This document shows positions 1 to 10,283 of a stretch of 64,000 bases of DNA, one piece after another. The stretch lies in assembly GCA_016204995.1 (NCBI GenBank), contig JACQJR010000001.1:28548-92547 (forward strand), read 5' to 3'. The notes below the pieces were generated by a model. That model saw nothing but the letters and a program-made list of their open reading frames with translations, ran no database searches and was not told where the DNA came from. A program made the translations under genes and the position numbers. The stretch's first letter is position 1. Every line of letters begins with the position of its first letter. This stretch comes from Candidatus Microgenomates bacterium (GTDB taxonomy: Bacteria > Patescibacteriota > Microgenomatia > UBA8517 > JACQJR01).

Positions 1-1090
1 GTTTAGAAATGTTAATGTTGTTTTCCGCGCTCACTGTTTTAACTAATTTGGCATACCAAGTATCTTGGGCAAAACTACGGCCAAAAGGTAAAATGCCGCC
101 TTGTTCAATGGATAAAGCATCATTAAAAATTAAATCCGGATTAACTGTTAAGATGACTCCCAGACCATGACATTTAGAACAGGCCCCCTGGGGAGAATTA
201 AATGAAAAAGTTCTAGGTTCAATTTCTGGCAATTGGATATTATCTATGGGACAAGAGAATTTTTCTGAAAACAAATTGTCCTCCATTTTTTTAGGTTTTT
301 CCGGAAAGTCAAAAGAACTGTCCAAAACGTGGGAAATAATTACCAGGCCATCTGCTAAATTTAAGGCTTGTTCAATGCTTTGTGAGAGTCGGGATTTAAT
401 GTTGGCCACGGCCGCTTCATCTTTTAATTGTTTTTTCTCAAAGGTTAATCTGTCTATCACCGCATCAATTATATGTTTATTATTTTTTAATAAGACAAAA
501 TCCTCGTTTAAACCATATATTTGTTGATCAATCCGTACATATCTATATCCTTTAGCTCGCAAATTTTCAAATGTTTGAGTGAACTCTCCCCGTCTATCGC
601 GAATTACCGGCGATAAAACCATTAATCTGACTATTTTTTCGCCGATTAATTGCCGTTTAATTAATTGAAATGCTCCTTCTATAATTTGATCAAGAGATTG
701 CTGGGCAATTTCCCGGCCGCATAAAGGACAATGGGGATGACCAATCCTGGCAAACAACAGTCTTAAATAGTCATAAATTTCCGTGACAGTACCGACGGTG
801 GAGCGTGGATTATGAGAAGTGGTCTTTTGATCAATTGAAATAGCGGGTGATAGACCTTCAATAGTATCAACGTCTGGTTTATCTGCTACTCCTAAAAATT
901 GTCTGGCGTAAGGAGAAAGGCTTTCTACATAGCGCCTTTGTCCTTCAGCATAAATAGTGTCAAAAGCGAGTGATGATTTACCTGACCCAGATACTCCTGT
1001 AAAAACAATTAATTTATTTTTTGGTAGTTCCAGGTTTACATTTTTTAAGTTATGTTGTCTGGCACCTTTAATAATAAGTTTTTCATTCAT
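1..1090 (-). CDS. uvrA: Excinuclease ABC subunit A, N-terminal part. The gene runs off the window start.
   Basis: The reverse translation from the ATG at 1088-1090 gives MNEKLIIKGARQHNLKNVNLELPKNKLIVFTGVSGSGKSSLAFDTIYAEGQRRYVESLS, the canonical UvrA N-terminus with its Walker A motif. The ORF is absent from the track because no stop falls inside the window. Confidence 0.85.
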   Translation of the reverse strand, partial: MNEKLIIKGARQHNLKNVNLELPKNKLIVFTGVSGSGKSSLAFDTIYAEGQRRYVESLSPYARQFLGVADKPDVDTIEGLSPAISIDQKTTSHNPRSTVGTVTEIYDYLRLLFARIGHPHCPLCGREIAQQSLDQIIEGAFQLIKRQLIGEKIVRLMVLSPVIRDRRGEFTQTFENLRAKGYRYVRIDQQIYGLNEDFVLLKNNKHIIDAVIDRLTFEKKQLKDEAAVANIKSRLSQSIEQALNLADGLVIISHVLDSSFDFPEKPKKMEDNLFSEKFSCPIDNIQLPEIEPRTFSFNSPQGACSKCHGLGVILTVNPDLIFNDALSIEQGGILPFGRSFAQDTWYAKLVKTVSAENNINISK

Positions 1091-1140
1091 AGTGCAGTCG
1101 TAAAGTATACACCAAAATGTCGTCATGTTAAACTGGATGT

Positions 1141-2067
1141 ATGGAAGATGCGTCTTCAACTACCGAGCGGGTGGGAGCACACATTACTACTCTGGGTTTA
1201 GTAGCCATTGCCCTAATGGCTCAAAAATTTAATCCGACCGATACTGTTTCTTTACCTTCAAATATCAATCTATCAACAGTTACTCAATCAATGGAAATAC
1301 AGAAGTGGCCGAAAGCACCGCCTAATCTACAGAATGAATTTTTAAGAGATAATTATGTAGTGCAGCCGGGTGATACTCTGACTAGAATCGCCGAAATTTA
1401 TTTCACCACACCTGGCATGATTCTGGAGTCAAATAAATTAGATAATCCTTCTTTACTTAAACCTGGTCAGGTTTTAAATATTGCTTATCCCTCAAAACTC
1501 GGTGAAGTTAAGCCAAATGTCATTGAAAATCCCTATGTCATTAATGATTTTAATTATTTATCCCAAAGATATGCGGATTTGGAATTAGAAGGCAAATATT
1601 ATTTTAAAGGAGAACTGGATAATTTAGCGCCAAAATTAGAAGGGTTAGCTCATACTTATGGTTGGGATAAAGAAAAAGAGTCTTTAAATGAAAAAGCCTC
1701 CAGCGGACATAATTTTGATCCCAATCAAATGGGGTGTGCTTATTGGATGGCACCAATTGGATCAGTAGTAAAAGTAACTTTAATTGGTATTCCTGGCCGC
1801 ACTATTGACAAAAAACCTGCTATTTATTGTCAAGTTTTAGACCGTGGCCCGGATCGTTTAATTAAATATCCGCCGGATGAATTACACAAAGAACCATACT
1901 TTAAAAACGTCATTGTTGATTTAACACCTGCTTCAGCCGAAGCTTTATTAGATGCTGTTAAACTTAATCCTAAAGACGTAGGAGAGTTTAGAGTTCAGGT
2001 AGAGTTAGTCTCTACGCCAGCAGGCTATGAACAAATAAAAGACAAATTACCCCACAAACTGCCCTAA
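1141..2067 (+). CDS. Membrane-anchored LysM-domain protein with a C-terminal 3D / RlpA-like (DPBB) domain. It is a putative cell-wall-binding or lytic-transglycosylase-like protein.
   Basis: There is an N-terminal TM segment. A LysM signature is present (YVVQPGDTLTRIAEIY...LKPGQVLNI). The C-terminal stretch GCAYWMAPIGSVVKVT...YCQVLDRGPD resembles the 3D/DPBB domain of MltA/YuiC. Confidence 0.55.
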   Translation: MEDASSTTERVGAHITTLGLVAIALMAQKFNPTDTVSLPSNINLSTVTQSMEIQKWPKAPPNLQNEFLRDNYVVQPGDTLTRIAEIYFTTPGMILESNKLDNPSLLKPGQVLNIAYPSKLGEVKPNVIENPYVINDFNYLSQRYADLELEGKYYFKGELDNLAPKLEGLAHTYGWDKEKESLNEKASSGHNFDPNQMGCAYWMAPIGSVVKVTLIGIPGRTIDKKPAIYCQVLDRGPDRLIKYPPDELHKEPYFKNVIVDLTPASAEALLDAVKLNPKDVGEFRVQVELVSTPAGYEQIKDKLPHKLP

Positions 2068-2081
2068 AAAAACTTCCGATT

Positions 2082-2153
2082 ACACCTCTTCGAGCATGAG
2101 CGGTTCTACTGAGCTCACCGCCGAAGTCCTCAGAGCCGAAGGCCCGAAGGTGG
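2082..2153 (+). repeat. GC-rich structured dispersed repeat, element A, copy 1. It lies between the convergent LysM-3D gene and uvrB.
   Basis: ACACCTCTTCGAGCATGAGCGGTTCTACTGAGCTCACCGCCGAAGTCCTCAGAGCCGAAGGCCCGAAGGTG is about 90% identical to the reverse complement of 28968-29030, with one 9-nt indel. Confidence 0.8.
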
Positions 2154-2167
2154 GTTACGTTGACACG

Positions 2168-4228
2168 TTAGGAAATTGCTTTAATTTGGCGGATTTTGTC
2201 ACGAATTTGGGCGGCAACCTCGAATTCCAAAAGACTAGCTGCTTCTCTCATTTCTTTTTCCAGTCTTTTGACCACTTTCTTCCGGTCATAGGGTGTTAAT
2301 TCTTCTATATTTAAATTGCCAAATTCGGATAAAATAGGTCTCATTTCTGTTTCCACCCAGCTTTTTTCTAGGCGGTCGGTTAATTTTTCCCGAATAGGTT
2401 TTTTGATACTTTGAGGAATAATATGATGCCTTTTGTTATATTCTAACTGAATCTTTCTGCGTCTTTCTACCTCATCAATAGCTCTTTGCATAGAACCAGT
2501 AATGTGATCGGCATACATAATCACAAGGCCTGAAATATGGCGGGCGGCCCGGCCCATGGTTTGGACCAGTGAAGTTTCCGAGCGTAAAAATCCTTCTTTA
2601 TCGGCATCTAAAATAGCGACTAGCGACACTTCCGGCAAATCCAAACCTTCGCGCAGTAAATTAATCCCCACAATGACGTCATAATTTCCGGCTCTTAAAT
2701 CATCTAAAATATCCGTCCGATCTAAGGTTTTCACTTCAGAGTGAAGGTAGTGAACCTTAATTTTTTGATCTGCCAGATAAGTTGCTAAATCTTCAGCCAT
2801 CCGCTTGGTTAAAGTAGTTACTAAGACCCTTTCTTTTTTAGTTACGCGTTTATTAATTTCACCAATTAAGTCCCCTACTTGCCCGGCAGTGGGCCGCACG
2901 CTAATCGCAGGATCAATTAAGCCGGTAGGCCGAATTAGTTGCTCTACCACGCCTGTGGCAGAAGCTCTTTCCAGTTCCCAAAGGGCCGGCGTGGCTGAAG
3001 TATAAATTACTTGCGGTAGTCTGGTTAGAAATTCGTCAAAACGAAGAGGTCGATTATCCAGGGCTGCCGGTAATCTGAAACCATATTCCACCAGCGTTTT
3101 CTTGCGGCTGTGGTCACCATTATACATGCCGCGAATTTGGGGAATAGTCATATGCGACTCATCAATAATTACCAGCCAGTTTTTATTATAAGGCTTTAAG
3201 AAATATTCCAATAATGAATAAGGAGCTTCACCCGGCGAACGCCCGTCAAAATAACGGGAATAATTTTCAATACCGTTAACATAACCCACCTGTTCAATCA
3301 TTTCCAGATCATAGGTGACTCTTTGCTTTAGACGATGAGCTTCTAAATCCTTGCCTGCAGCTGTTAATTTTTGAATTTGTTTAGTCAAATCTTCTCTGAT
3401 TTGATTAAAGGCGTCACCTACCGAAGTAATATCGGCAATATAATGCTTGGCAGGGTAGATAACGACAGAGTTAAATGAGCCTGGTGGTGGAACTGTGACC
3501 GAAGGTGGAGGATAGATGATGGAAGATGGAAGGATTTGGCCGGTTAATGGGTGGATTTTGATAATCTTCTCAATCTTTTTTGGTCCGAAAATCACGCGAG
3601 TAGCGGTTTCTTCATAAGCTGGAAAAATATCAATGGTGTCTCCGCGGACTCTGAAGGTGCCGCGATGAAAACCAAATTCGCTCCTGACATATTGCAACTG
3701 AATTAAACGTTCAATAATCGTTTCGCGTGAAATAGACAATCTCTCGGCAAGTTCTAAAATATTGCGGCCGTATTCTACCGGCGAGCCTAAATTGTAAATA
3801 CAGGAGACTGAAGCGACGATAATAGTATCCTTCCTAGTTAATAAATTGGTGGTAGCGGCTAGACGCAGCCGGTCTAGTTCATCATTAATATCAGTTTCTT
3901 TTTCAATATAAGTGTCTGTTTGAGGAATATACGACTCCGGCTGGTAATAATCGTAATAAGAGACGAAGTAGGAAACGGCATTTTCCGGGAAAAAGTCCCG
4001 AAATTCCTGGTAAAGTTGGGCCGCCAGTGTTTTATTATGAGAAATTACTAAAGTTGGCCGTTGGACTTGTTCAATCACATTGGCCATGGTAAAAGTCTTG
4101 CCACTGCCAGTGACACCTAATAACACCTGATCTGAAACGCCCTTCTCTAAACTCTCCACTAATTTTTTAATTGCTTGCGGCTGGTCTCCAGTAGGTTTAA
4201 AAGCTGATTTTAATTTAAATGCACTCAT
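2168..4228 (-). CDS. uvrB: Excinuclease ABC subunit B
   Basis: The 686-aa product has the GSGKTFTMA Walker A motif, helicase motifs and a C-terminal UvrB/UvrC interaction domain ([14 protein letters not shown]). Confidence 0.95.
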   Translation of the reverse strand: MSAFKLKSAFKPTGDQPQAIKKLVESLEKGVSDQVLLGVTGSGKTFTMANVIEQVQRPTLVISHNKTLAAQLYQEFRDFFPENAVSYFVSYYDYYQPESYIPQTDTYIEKETDINDELDRLRLAATTNLLTRKDTIIVASVSCIYNLGSPVEYGRNILELAERLSISRETIIERLIQLQYVRSEFGFHRGTFRVRGDTIDIFPAYEETATRVIFGPKKIEKIIKIHPLTGQILPSSIIYPPPSVTVPPPGSFNSVVIYPAKHYIADITSVGDAFNQIREDLTKQIQKLTAAGKDLEAHRLKQRVTYDLEMIEQVGYVNGIENYSRYFDGRSPGEAPYSLLEYFLKPYNKNWLVIIDESHMTIPQIRGMYNGDHSRKKTLVEYGFRLPAALDNRPLRFDEFLTRLPQVIYTSATPALWELERASATGVVEQLIRPTGLIDPAISVRPTAGQVGDLIGEINKRVTKKERVLVTTLTKRMAEDLATYLADQKIKVHYLHSEVKTLDRTDILDDLRAGNYDVIVGINLLREGLDLPEVSLVAILDADKEGFLRSETSLVQTMGRAARHISGLVIMYADHITGSMQRAIDEVERRRKIQLEYNKRHHIIPQSIKKPIREKLTDRLEKSWVETEMRPILSEFGNLNIEELTPYDRKKVVKRLEKEMREAASLLEFEVAAQIRDKIRQIKAIS

Positions 4229-4276
4229 GGCAAATCTTAATTATATCATTAGGAAACTTGTTTAACAAAGCTAAAA

Positions 4277-5377
4277 ATGGTAAAATATGTGCTTATGCGT
4301 CCAGAAAACCAACAGTTATCCCTCTTTGGGCAAAGCCGTAGGCTATTTTTAAAACAAGCGGCTACTATGGCTTTAGCCGCCGCCATAGGTGGTTGGAATC
4401 GCAGCGAAGGCAGAATTTACACTCCTAACATGGCCGTAGATAGAAAAGTGCCCCTTGATCAATTAATTAATAGAGCTTTATTCCTGGAGGAGCAATTTGT
4501 ACTGGAAGACTTGTCTGGTAAAAGCGTCTACGAACGGAATATTAGAAATCAATATACCGAATTAATCGCGGAAATATTTGTCCAAGAACACCAGGCAGAT
4601 TTTCCTAGCATGAAGCTGCTTGAGCCAATCGTGTGGATAGGGGCAGAGGAATATAGCAGAATCGCCTTACAGCAATTTAAACAAAATTCTTCCCAGATGT
4701 CCAAGGAAGAAATTAAAGAAGTTATTAAAAATGAGGTAGCCATGACCTCTCAAGGACATATTTTTATCAATTTTGATTCAGCCTTTTTAAAGCAGGAAAT
4801 GTTTAGAGATCCCACTAGTCCTTTTCCTCATGGCTGGAATACGCTGAAAGCTTTAAGAACCATTTTACTTCACGAATTTAATCATTTGATATTGATTCCT
4901 AAGCAGGATGACGTGCTTTTTAGGATAGTTGATCCCCAAAATCAACTGCAAAATAAACAGGTTGAGGGTTTTAGATTGACGGCTAAAGACAAAGAAGGTT
5001 ATGACTACTTCATAGTTGAGTATGACATCTTTGATGAAGCGGCGGTGGAATTAATGTCCATCAGTTCCAATCACAAAATATTCGGGTCAGCCTTTAGTAG
5101 TTATAAATATTCGGGATATGATATTACAGAAACGGCCCTGAGACTGTCTGACGTCTTAAAAGACGTTGGAGTGACTGCCGAGCAAATGTATGATTTGCAT
5201 CGTAAATCACAGTTTAAAGAATTACTTTTATTGCTGGCAGAAAAGGGTGGCATGAAGGCGGATAAGTCTACGCTTAATCAAAGCCTTAGAGCTGGTCTTG
5301 GAATTGTAGTGGCTCTGGTAAAAAATGATCAAATTTTGTTAAAAGACTATCTGCAAAGTGTGGCCGCCAACCGCTAA
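4277..5377 (+). CDS. Secreted hypothetical protein with a twin-arginine-like signal and an HEXXH motif. It is a putative zinc metallopeptidase.
   Basis: The N-terminus SRRLFLKQAATMALAAA is Tat-like. The internal ILLHEFNHLIL is an HExxH motif. No family could be assigned by eye. Confidence 0.35.
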   Translation: MVKYVLMRPENQQLSLFGQSRRLFLKQAATMALAAAIGGWNRSEGRIYTPNMAVDRKVPLDQLINRALFLEEQFVLEDLSGKSVYERNIRNQYTELIAEIFVQEHQADFPSMKLLEPIVWIGAEEYSRIALQQFKQNSSQMSKEEIKEVIKNEVAMTSQGHIFINFDSAFLKQEMFRDPTSPFPHGWNTLKALRTILLHEFNHLILIPKQDDVLFRIVDPQNQLQNKQVEGFRLTAKDKEGYDYFIVEYDIFDEAAVELMSISSNHKIFGSAFSSYKYSGYDITETALRLSDVLKDVGVTAEQMYDLHRKSQFKELLLLLAEKGGMKADKSTLNQSLRAGLGIVVALVKNDQILLKDYLQSVAANR

Positions 5378-5443
5378 TTTTGTCTTATTTTTATATACAA
5401 AGTTATAGTTGACAAGTTTGGGTTTTATTAGTAAAAAGTTAGT

Positions 5444-6061
5444 ATGCCTGTCACCTTATACCGGAGACAAGAACAAATCCTTGGATTTTTACAGCAATAT
5501 ATTCGCGCTAATGGCTTTTCCCCCACTTTAGCTCAAATTGGAGAGGCTATCGGAGTTTCCTCTTTAGCCACAGTTCATGAACACCTGGAGGCTCTACAGG
5601 ATAAGGGTTTAATTAAAAAGACAGTCGGGCGGGCGCGCGGAATTGAACTTTTGGCCGACGTGCCTGATGGCAAAGCCCAAATTGCGGCTTTGCCAATTTT
5701 AGGTTTTATTGCCGCCGGAGCTCCCATTGAACCCTATACCGATCCCAATGCCACTGTCGGGGTGGCTCCCTGGCTATTTGCCGGTAACAAACGAGCCTTT
5801 GTTCTGCAAGTTCGCGGAGAATCAATGATAGGCGATGGCATTAACGATGGCGATTTTGTAGTGGTGGAACAACAGGAAATGGCCAATAACGGCGATATCG
5901 TCGTTGCTTTACTAGATAATGGTATGGCTACTCTCAAAAGATATTACAAGGAAGCAACTCGGATCAGACTGGAACCGGCCAACACCCGCATGTCTCCCAT
6001 CTTTGCCAAGAACGTCAAAATTCAAGGAAGAGTCGTTGGGTTAATTCGCCGCTACCAGTAA
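5444..6061 (+). CDS. lexA: LexA repressor (S24 peptidase family)
   Basis: There is an N-terminal winged HTH (LTLAQIGEAIGVSS). The C-terminal S24 domain has GESM (Ser) and the Lys-containing GDIVVAL...LKRY region. Confidence 0.85.
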   Translation: MPVTLYRRQEQILGFLQQYIRANGFSPTLAQIGEAIGVSSLATVHEHLEALQDKGLIKKTVGRARGIELLADVPDGKAQIAALPILGFIAAGAPIEPYTDPNATVGVAPWLFAGNKRAFVLQVRGESMIGDGINDGDFVVVEQQEMANNGDIVVALLDNGMATLKRYYKEATRIRLEPANTRMSPIFAKNVKIQGRVVGLIRRYQ

Positions 6062-6062
6062 T

Positions 6063-7310
6063 TTACAGCACAAAAATCGCCACTACCGCCGCTGTCATTA
6101 ACACAAAAGTCATCGCTCCCAAGATATTGCTCCAAAAACCATTCACTTTATCGCCTAAAATTTTTCTGTTATTGGCAATGTGTAAAATGGCGACAATTAG
6201 AATGGGTGATAATATTCCATAAATTATTCCTATCAAAAAGAGAGCCTTAAAAGGAGTAATCCCTAAAACCGGCCCCAAAGCCGTTAACAAAAATCCGAAA
6301 AGGGTAGCGACAATAATAATGCTATAAAAAGAATGAGCTCGTGACCAGGATAAGTTTAACCCTTGCCGCCAGCCAAAAACTTCGGAGACAGCATAGGCAG
6401 CCGAACCAGCCAAAACCGGAATAGCCAGCATCCCTGTGCCGATTATCCCTATCGTAAAAAGGAGGGTAGCAAATTGGCCGGCGAGAGGTGCCAGAGCTCC
6501 AGCAGCTTGGTCGGGAGTAGCAATATTAGTAATGCCTAGTCTGGGCAGGGTTTGGGCATTGGTGATAATAATAAAAAACATCACCAAATTAGAGAAAAAC
6601 ATTCCCCAGGTGACATCTTCCCGCATATTTTTTAATTCGTTTTTGGTAACAATTTTGTGAATATGGCTGTTCAAACGCTTTTCCTCGGCTTCTTCGGAGG
6701 CTTGCCAGAAAAAAAGATAGGGAGAAATGGTAGTGCCCAAAATTGCCACTATCAATAGGAGCTGCTCGCGATCTAAAGATATATGCGGCAAAATGGTATT
6801 CAGAAAAATAGTTTGCCAGTCATCAACTACTAACAAGGCTGTGGCGATATAGGCAAAAAGGGCTAGGGTCAACCATTTAAAAATAGCCGCCAACACCCGG
6901 TAGGGAAAATAAATCATAAAAATAATTATGACTAAGGAAAAAACCAGAGCGATGAGTAAGGGGTTAATCGGTAAGAACAAATGGACTGCGGCTGCCATGC
7001 CGGCAATATCAGACCCGATATTAATAGTATTAGCAATAACTACCAGTAAAGAGATTGAAATTAAAAAGACGGGTGGATAGTGACTTTTCATGGTGCCAAT
7101 TAAGCCTCGGCCGGTCACCAGACCAATTCTGGCGCACATTTCCTGAATTGCCACCATAAAAGGAAAAGTGAAGGGAGCAGTCCAGGCCAGATTTGTGCCG
7201 GCGGCCGCTCCGGTTTGAGCATAGATCACAATCCCCGAAGGGTCATCATCGGAAGCTCCAGTGATGACCCCCGGACCAATTTTCTGCAAAAATGTTTTCA
7301 ATTTTTTCAT
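6063..7310 (-). CDS. mntH: NRAMP-family divalent metal (Mn2+/Fe2+) transporter
   Basis: The 415-aa polytopic membrane protein carries the GASDDDPSGI NRAMP-like DPGN region. Its start overlaps the gpmI stop (ATGA), so it sits in the same operon. Confidence 0.7.
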   Translation of the reverse strand: MKKLKTFLQKIGPGVITGASDDDPSGIVIYAQTGAAAGTNLAWTAPFTFPFMVAIQEMCARIGLVTGRGLIGTMKSHYPPVFLISISLLVVIANTINIGSDIAGMAAAVHLFLPINPLLIALVFSLVIIIFMIYFPYRVLAAIFKWLTLALFAYIATALLVVDDWQTIFLNTILPHISLDREQLLLIVAILGTTISPYLFFWQASEEAEEKRLNSHIHKIVTKNELKNMREDVTWGMFFSNLVMFFIIITNAQTLPRLGITNIATPDQAAGALAPLAGQFATLLFTIGIIGTGMLAIPVLAGSAAYAVSEVFGWRQGLNLSWSRAHSFYSIIIVATLFGFLLTALGPVLGITPFKALFLIGIIYGILSPILIVAILHIANNRKILGDKVNGFWSNILGAMTFVLMTAAVVAIFVL

Positions 7311-8947
7311 ATGGATAATAAATTACGGCCAGTCATCACAGAAGGTTGCGCGATGCCTAAAAGATAAAGAATGGTAGGTGCGACGTCCGCCAAAATGCCG
7401 CTGGCTAAATTTTGCGGTTTACCTAAAAAGGGCGGACCAACTATCATTAGCGGGACGGGATTAGCGGTATGTTCGGTGCTTTTACCGCCGGTTTGGGCAT
7501 TTAATTTTACTTCGGCGTTGCCGTGATCAGCGGTAATAACTATTACTCCATTTAAGTCTGTTGCGGCTTCTGTTAATCGGCCGACGCAGGCGTCAACCGC
7601 CGTACAAGCTTCCATGGTAGCTGCTAGATCTCCGGTATGGCCCACCATGTCAGCATTAGCATAATTAACCAAGACAAAGCCATATTCACTGGAGTTTTCC
7701 CGCAATTTATTAATCACCGCCTCGGTTAATTCCTTGGCCGACATATCCGGTTTTAAGTTATAAGTGGCAACAGCCGGCGAAGGAATAGTCAGTCTGTCTT
7801 CGCCGGGAAATGATGCCTCTTGTTGGCCATTAAAATAAAAACCGACAAATCGTTCTTTTTCCGATTCGGCCGCCCGCAGCTGACGCAGACCAGCCTCCGA
7901 TAAAATCCGGCCTAAGGGCAGATCCACTATTTCGGGCGGATAGGCGACATGGATCGGCAAATTTTTTTCATATTGAGTCATGGTCGCAAAAAATAAATTA
8001 GCCAGAGGCTCGCCTCGATGAAAAACTTTTCGCTCATCTATTTTAATGTTGTGCTTTTGATAATACTTAGTCATGTAGGGGTCAAAATCCCAATTTACTT
8101 GCTGTTTTTCAAAATCTGGCAACACAAAAGCCCGGGTGAGCTGACGGGGTCGGTCAATTCGGAAATTATAAAAAATTACGGCATCGTTATCACAGATTTT
8201 TCCGCGCGGCACACCTTGTTCATCTATTACCACCGACGGTTCAATAAATTCGTCGGTCTGACCAGCTTGATAAGCCTGTTCAATAGCCTCTTGGGGGTTG
8301 TTAACTTTTTTCCCCAGGCCGGCAGTGAGTGCTCGGTAAGCTTTTTCAGTTCTGTCCCAGCGCAAATCCCGATCCATCCCCCAATACCGGCCCATGATGG
8401 TGGCAATAGTGCCTATTTTTTCTCTTTTAATGACATTGTCCAAATGGGCCAGATAGGCAGCGGTAGAAGTGGGCGGCGAGTCCCGGCCGTCAGTGAAGAG
8501 ATGGAGAAAAACTCGCTCAAATTTTTGCTCTCGGCAAAGACGAATTAGAGCAAATAAATGTTCGTTATTGGCATGTATCCCGCCGGCCCCAATCAGACCC
8601 ATTAAATGTAAATTAGAATTATTGGTTCGGCAATGAGCGATGGCCTGTAAAAAGATAGGATTTTTAAAAAAACTGCCGTCGGCAATGCTTAAATTAATTC
8701 TGGGCAAATCTTGATAAACAATGCGGCCGGCTCCCAAATTAAGATGGCCGGTTTCCGTATTGCCTGGTTCTCCCCGACTTAAGCCAACAGATTCGCCGGA
8801 AGCCGACAAAATAGTATGGGGATAGGCGGCCATAAACTTTTGTAAATTGGGAGTATAGGCGTTCGTTACAGCATTACCTGGTCCGGCCGGTGCTAGACCC
8901 CAGCCGTCCATGACCACTAAAACTACCAAATCGGTAATTTTACTCAT
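7307..8947 (-). CDS. gpmI: 2,3-bisphosphoglycerate-independent phosphoglycerate mutase, which is Mn-dependent
   Basis: The 546-aa product has a metalloenzyme-superfamily N-terminus (VVLVVMDGWG) and a C-terminus (ITADHGN). Its start is 4-nt coupled to the upstream eno. Confidence 0.9.
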   Translation of the reverse strand: MSKITDLVVLVVMDGWGLAPAGPGNAVTNAYTPNLQKFMAAYPHTILSASGESVGLSRGEPGNTETGHLNLGAGRIVYQDLPRINLSIADGSFFKNPIFLQAIAHCRTNNSNLHLMGLIGAGGIHANNEHLFALIRLCREQKFERVFLHLFTDGRDSPPTSTAAYLAHLDNVIKREKIGTIATIMGRYWGMDRDLRWDRTEKAYRALTAGLGKKVNNPQEAIEQAYQAGQTDEFIEPSVVIDEQGVPRGKICDNDAVIFYNFRIDRPRQLTRAFVLPDFEKQQVNWDFDPYMTKYYQKHNIKIDERKVFHRGEPLANLFFATMTQYEKNLPIHVAYPPEIVDLPLGRILSEAGLRQLRAAESEKERFVGFYFNGQQEASFPGEDRLTIPSPAVATYNLKPDMSAKELTEAVINKLRENSSEYGFVLVNYANADMVGHTGDLAATMEACTAVDACVGRLTEAATDLNGVIVITADHGNAEVKLNAQTGGKSTEHTANPVPLMIVGPPFLGKPQNLASGILADVAPTILYLLGIAQPSVMTGRNLLSI

Positions 8948-10215
8948 TTTTTGGCCGCCAGCTCTGTTTCAATAGCCAGCAGTCGATTATATTTAGCTAC
9001 TCTTTCGCCGCGAGCTGGTGCGCCAAATTTGACATAGTCAGCCCCTATGCCAACGGCGAAATCGGCAATTGAGGTGTCATTGGTCTCACCGCTTCTATGG
9101 GAAACAATTATTTTCCATCCCGCTTCGCGGGACATTTTAATTACCTGCAAAGTTTCGCTGACAGTACCGATCTGATTAGGTTTAACTAAAATAGCATTGG
9201 CGGCCTTTTCCTTGATTCCCCGCTCTACTCTGGCAGGATTGGTAACCAATAGATCGTCGCCCACTATTAAGGCTTTGCCGGCAAAATTCGCGGTGATACG
9301 GCTCCATCCTTCCCAATCATCTTCAAATAAAGGATCTTCCATAATGGCCAGATGGTATTGATCATTAAGGTTATTATAGAAAGTCAGGAAACTATCTCTA
9401 TCTAGAGGCGCAGAGCGATCGCGGATAGAATATTTACCATCCCGATAAAAATTATTGGCGGCTACATCCAAGCCTAAAAATAGATCATTGCCGACGTTAA
9501 AGCCGCTTTCGCGACTGGCTTCCACTAAAATTGACAAAGCATCTAAATTGGTAAATAAATTGGGGGCATAGCCGCCTTCGTCTCCCACCGAATGAATGGC
9601 GCCGCGGCGGGCCAGGGAGTCCTTAATTTTATGGTAAATTTCCGCGCCGATTTGCAGGGCGCGCGAGTATATTACCGCCGAACTTGGGATGATGAAAAAT
9701 TCCTGGAAATCCAGGTTGCCTGCTCCATGCAGGCCACCGTTAATCATATTGAAAATCGGCGTGGGAACTTTTAGTCTGACTGGAGGAATACCAAATTGCT
9801 GTGCCAGCGCCGCCACCCAAGCATACAACGGATAACGCTGACTGGACGAAGCTGCCCGCAAAACAGCTAGAGAAACAGATAAAATAGCGTTTGCCCCTAA
9901 CTTTTCTTTATTAGCGGTGCCATCCAGATCAATTAAGGTTTTATCCAAGGCGGTCTGATTGGCAACCTCTAGGCCGACAATTTTAGGGCCAATGACAGTG
10001 GTAACGTTAGCGACAGCTTTAAGAACTCCTTTGCCCAGATATCTTTTAACATCCCCGTCGCGCAATTCGTGGGCTTCAAAACTGCCGGTGGAGGCACCAG
10101 AAGGGACAGAGGCAACGGCTGAATTGCCATCGTCAAGCTGCAGGGCAGTTTCCATGGTGGGGATTCCCCGGCTGTCTAAAATTTCCCTGGACCAGACATG
10201 AGTAATTTTGGGCAT
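8944..10215 (-). CDS. eno: Enolase
   Basis: The N-terminus is MPKITHVWSREILDSRGIPTMET. The enolase signature SHRSGETNDTSIADFAVG is present. Confidence 0.95.
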   Translation of the reverse strand: MPKITHVWSREILDSRGIPTMETALQLDDGNSAVASVPSGASTGSFEAHELRDGDVKRYLGKGVLKAVANVTTVIGPKIVGLEVANQTALDKTLIDLDGTANKEKLGANAILSVSLAVLRAASSSQRYPLYAWVAALAQQFGIPPVRLKVPTPIFNMINGGLHGAGNLDFQEFFIIPSSAVIYSRALQIGAEIYHKIKDSLARRGAIHSVGDEGGYAPNLFTNLDALSILVEASRESGFNVGNDLFLGLDVAANNFYRDGKYSIRDRSAPLDRDSFLTFYNNLNDQYHLAIMEDPLFEDDWEGWSRITANFAGKALIVGDDLLVTNPARVERGIKEKAANAILVKPNQIGTVSETLQVIKMSREAGWKIIVSHRSGETNDTSIADFAVGIGADYVKFGAPARGERVAKYNRLLAIETELAAKK

Positions 10216-10283
10216 TGGTTAGGTTTTTTGGCTTTTGGGCTATTTGGCTCTTGGGTTACCTAGGAGCCTAAATACCTAACAGC

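Noticed and set aside
246-527. 93-aa plus-strand ORF in the track
   Set aside because: It lies entirely inside, and antisense to, the clearly real uvrA coding sequence (1..1090, minus strand), so it is a spurious antisense ORF.
2096-2299. 67-aa ORF and similar small ORFs overlapping element A (2096..2299, 28840..29037, 28994..29191)
   Set aside because: They are open frames produced by the GC-rich repeat element and the adjacent gene ends. They have no start context and no conservation signal.
4549-4743. Antisense small ORFs inside larger genes (for example 4549..4743, 5734..5937, 6436..6660, 8018..8548, 10471..10947, 57165..58073, 60177..60851)
   Set aside because: They are fully embedded in, and antisense to or out of frame with, well-supported housekeeping genes. 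No independent signal supports them.
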